Made by a program: the position numbers and the translations under genes
The notes under the pieces: model-generated
Seen by the model: only the letters and a program-made list of their open reading frames with translations
Databases searched by the model: none
What the model was told of the DNA's origin: nothing
Shown: positions 24,398 through 28,023 of the stretch, in pieces
Numbering within the stretch: the first letter of the stretch is position 1
How the letters are laid out: every line of letters starts with the position of its first letter
Source of the DNA: Octopus sinensis
Taxonomy: Eukaryota
Length of the DNA: 28,023 bases
Reading direction: 5' to 3'
Assembly (NCBI RefSeq): GCF_006345805.1
Contig: NW_021827508.1
Coordinates: forward strand, 1 to 28,023

Positions 24398-24498
24398 TAT
24401 ATATATGATTTTGATTTTGATTTTGATTTTTCCAGTTTCAGCTAATGAGCTGTGGCCATGCTGGGGCAATGCCATTTGGTTTGCTACACGGTTTTACC

Positions 24499-27445
24499 TC
24501 ACGGATGCTTTTTAGCAAACGCCATCTGATGCATGAGAGAGTTCGATGCAGCTGCCCTCATCTGCACCTCCTGCCGTGAAGTTGGTTCATCCGGGACACC
24601 TGACAGGAAGAGATCCAGTCCTACTTTAAAGACATCCGTATCTACACCATGCAGGTCCCTCAGGTTCTTCGGGAGGATATTGAAGAGCCGTGGGCCTCTG
24701 AAGCCCAGGCTATCACAATATCTTGTCCTACATTTTGATGGCAAATTTGGAGTCCTTGTACTACGCAGTGGCGTCGTCGGTTCTGGCATTTGTGTGACTC
24801 TCGATGCCAAAGTCTGGGACAAGACCTTCCAGGATCTTCCAGATAATATATGGCATATCTTTCTCGTCTACGCTCCAGGGAATAGAGCTTTAATCTCTTA
24901 AGTCTCTCCCAGTAGCTCATATGCTGCACAGAGGCTATCTTCTTTCGTGTAGCTTCGTTGGATCGCCTCAAGTTCTGTGATCAACTTGACACTGGATGGT
25001 GACCATAGCTGAGAGCAATAGTCAAGTGGCTTAGGACAAGTGTCTTCCAGAGGACCATCATGGTTCTTGTTCTCTTGTTCTAAAGGTTCTAAGAATCCAT
25101 CCAGCCAGCCGTCTACATTTCATTGTCAGTTAGCAACATGTACATGAAAGGTCGCGTCATCACTCATGTGAAATACCAGGTCACGCACTGATTGTGCCTC
25201 TGGGATTGCAATCCCTCCGGGTCCAGTGTATTCATTGGGTATTGCATTCAGTTTTGCATGCTGATAGTATAAAGCTTGAAACTTTTCAGCATTGAACTGC
25301 ATGCTATTCTTTTCAGCCCACTTGTATATTTCGTCCAGCTCACATTGCAGGTGCTTAGTGTCTTCAGGGTTCTGTATTGCCTGTGAAACTTTTGTATCAT
25401 CTGCATAACTTGTGATCGTCTCTCTGCGTGGCTGAGGGCATGTCTGAGAGGGCCATTATGAACAGTAGTGGTCCAAAACAGTGCCCTGCGAACACGCTCA
25501 CTATTTGCGTGCTAATGGAAGTGGCCCCATTGGCTGCTACCACCTGACTTCTATCTTCAGAAAGTCATGAAGCCATTCTCCTAGTTTTCCAACTATGCCA
25601 AGATCACGCAGTTTGTGACATATCATTCCAGATGATCGACTTTATCGAAGGCCTTGCGAAGTCGAGATATATGACTTCCACATTTGAGTGGTTGAGCAGT
25701 TGTTTCAGCACCCAGTCATAGTGCTGCAGGAGGAGTGAGTTAAGCAGCTTCTTCCTGGTCGGAAACCATGTTGGGTGTCAGGCAGCAAGTCATTTTCTTC
25801 AAGGAAGGTGATTAGTTTCCTTCTGACTATTCGTTCCATGACCTTGCTGATGTGTGAGGTCAGAGAGATAGGTCTGTAGTTCTTGGCCTCCGCTCTGCTA
25901 CCTCCTTTATGAATAGGGCATATTTTACCTTCCTTCAGTTTTCTTGAAGTTTGTCAGCTGCAAGGAAGCTCTGAAAGAGGAACTGCAGTGGTCTTGCTAG
26001 GACTCTCTTACATACTTTTAGGAGGATTGCGGGAATCCATCGGGGCCAATAGCTGAGTCTGTCATTTCATCTATAGCCTTTATTACATCGTCTTCCTTTA
26101 TATCGATGTAATTTATCGTCGCCGCCTCTGATTCTATATCTGCAGTGGTAAAGAAGTCAGTGGATTGCTGATTTGGAAATGCCCAAGGGGTGGAGTGAAA
26201 ACACTCTTGAATTGTTCATTCAGTATTTCGCTTACCCTCATTGGTTTCCTGTGAGTGTGCCATCCTTTTCAAGGAGTGGCCCTATCCTACAGTGCACCGT
26301 AGCTGTTTCTTTGGCATACCTGTAGAAAAGCTCTGGGGTTAGTTTTTTATGTTGTCTATAGCCCAGGCTTCTTTGTCTGCTCTTTCCTTCTCATGGGAGA
26401 GTTGCAGACAATTTTCAATTTCCAACAGTTTATTTTCAGGCGGGATTTTCATGCTTTCAATTTGTTTGTTTAGGCGATTTGAAATTTTTGTACGCCGTCT
26501 CATTAAAATTTCCTCTCTCTGGGGATTTTGTTCTTGTGTACAGTGGCCTTTCTCTCTGGGACACATTGGTAGCATATGGCTTGCATTACAGACATGAATT
26601 GTTGAAGTATCATGTCGATGTCCGGCGAGGAGAGACATTCAGGCCAGTTTTGTTTGAGGATCTCTTTCTCAATTTGTTTCCAGTTTGCCTTATTGAAGTT
26701 CAAGCTGGAAAGATTCTGAGGGTTTCTTGTAGGCTGCATGTCCGTGCTCTTCTTTTGGCCCGTACATGGTCAGCTCTACCATGTTGTGATCCGAGAGTAG
26801 TGTCGGTGTCACTTTCACATTATGGATGAGATCCATATTATTTGTGAAGCAGAGATCCAGTTGTTACCTGCTCTGGTTGGTTGGAGTATTACTTGCTCCA
26901 TGTACAGGGTGTTGATGAGGTTCAGGAGGGACCTCGCCTGTCCTCGTTCACATCTTGTCATTCCTGGGAGAGAAAGGCCCTCGGGCCATCTGACATTGGG
27001 TAGATTGAAGTCTCCCATGAGAAGTACACTTATGTGTTGTTCTAATGTGATTAGAACTTCTTCTATTTTTAAAAGGCAGTCCTCAAACTTGCCCATATGA
27101 CTTGGGGGCATCTGGAGGGCGATATGTAGCACACACAACTACATCAAGTTGCCTTATGTGTACAATTAGTGGTGTCACACACCGAGTTTGAGTATGACAA
27201 AAGGACCTGGTGGTGTGAGGTCCCCACGGATGTACATAGAAATCCTCCATATGACTCCTTTCTTTCCTGTCGGTCCGTAGTACAACATACTGTGGTATGT
27301 GTAATTCCGCATCTGCTATGTCCGGTTTCAGATGCGTTTCTGTGAGTGCTATGCATAAGGCTTGATTGCATGCGACAAAGTCTCAGGAACGGACTTTTGT
27401 CCTGTTACTGTGTGTTAGTAGTCCTCTGATGTTCAGTAGGAGCAT
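24499..27445 (-). pseudogene. LINE ORF2: apurinic endonuclease + reverse transcriptase (frameshifted)
   Basis: APE: MLLLNIRGL, CIALTETHL, MGDFNLP, QPTRAGN. RT: GPDG, KNYRPISLTSHISKVME, QHGFRPGRSC, YLDFA-AFDKVDH, QGTVL-GPLLF, YADD (25407-25396). C-terminal LERRRERY and GPRLFNILP...VPDEP. Confidence 0.93.
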
Positions 27446-28023
27446 CGAGGTGAGTGTATGCGTTGCCGGTGGTGTCCACCCTGGGTCCATCTGCTGTGGC
27501 GGTCTTGTGAACTGTGGGCAGTTCCATCTGAGAGCTGAGGCCTGATGGAGCCAGGTTAGCTGCTGTACAATCTTTTGTGCCATGCACCAAAAAAGATTCC
27601 TGCTCAGCAGCTGCCCTTTCAACAACACGTTGGTGGTTTGTGGCACGGCACCACATCTGCGTACCTCCGTTTTGGGGCAGGTGATGCGTGGTCCATCCCA
27701 TTTCCTTTCGGTGGTTGGTTTCTGTGGCAGGGTCCCGGATGTGCAAATCGGCAGCCTGCACCTTCCTCTCATGCCGGCAGGCACCTTTCAGGTAGAACCT
27801 ACATACCCGTGTGCGCTGCTTGTTTCATCCTTTTTGGCATATGGATAGTTAGGTTTGCCTCTATCCCTGGCTGCCTTGCCCCTTGGCTTTGTCTGAGTTT
27901 TAGCTTCAGTTTTTTCCTGTTTTGGTTTTTTTCATCTCCATGTCCATGGCTTTTGGTGCTGGTAGGAGCATCCGCACCTGGGTTCATCTCCGGGCAGGCC
28001 TCTCACTGGAGTTTTCTTCCTGG
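27405..28023 (-). pseudogene. LINE ORF1, C-terminal part with CCCH-type zinc finger
   Basis: With one 1-nt correction at 27761-27762 it reads CRFYLKGACRHERKGAGCRFAHP (C-x7-C-x8-C-x3-H, 27803-27739). It overlaps the ORF2 start. Confidence 0.6.

Larger units (their letters stand above)
24406..28023 (-). mobile_element. CR1/Jockey-group non-LTR retrotransposon (LINE), 5' end beyond window
   Basis: ORF1 remnant, APE-RT ORF2, short 3' UTR with stem-loop (24439-24452) and (AAATCA)n tail (24406-24430) inserted next to a (TA)n tract. No RNase H or C-terminal CCHC seen. The clade assignment is approximate. Confidence 0.92.

Noticed and set aside
17506-25560. TCTTCAG (minus CUGAAGA) at 17506, 25361 and 25554
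   Set aside because: All lie inside PLE or LINE coding sequence without a hammerhead fold.

Overview
Eukaryotic, AT-rich, microsatellite-dense non-coding DNA. The SINE families and repeat style most resemble octopus (cephalopod) genomic DNA, which is an inference from pattern recognition. No host protein-coding gene, tRNA or rRNA gene, or CRISPR array can be supported, and nearly all listed ORFs are microsatellite translations. The window is a mosaic of mobile DNA. (1) A >3.6 kb minus-strand CR1/Jockey-group LINE (APE+RT ORF2, ORF1 with a CCCH-type finger, AAATCA tail) runs off the right edge. (2) Two tRNA-derived SINE families occur in several copies, and one shares its 3' stem-loop with that LINE through compensatory base changes. 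(3) There are two degenerate Penelope-like element (PLE) remnants: RT-linker-GIY-YIG and GIY-YIG only. (4) Two Helitrons share the same termini, and one carries a PIF1-like helicase fragment. (5) There are foldback/MITE-like elements and a Tc1/mariner remnant. The most notable unannotated signal is a set of type I hammerhead ribozyme motifs from about four unrelated repeat families. It includes a tandem pair 304 nt apart with a palindromic stem III (retrozyme-like architecture) and an inverted pair with a long stem II.
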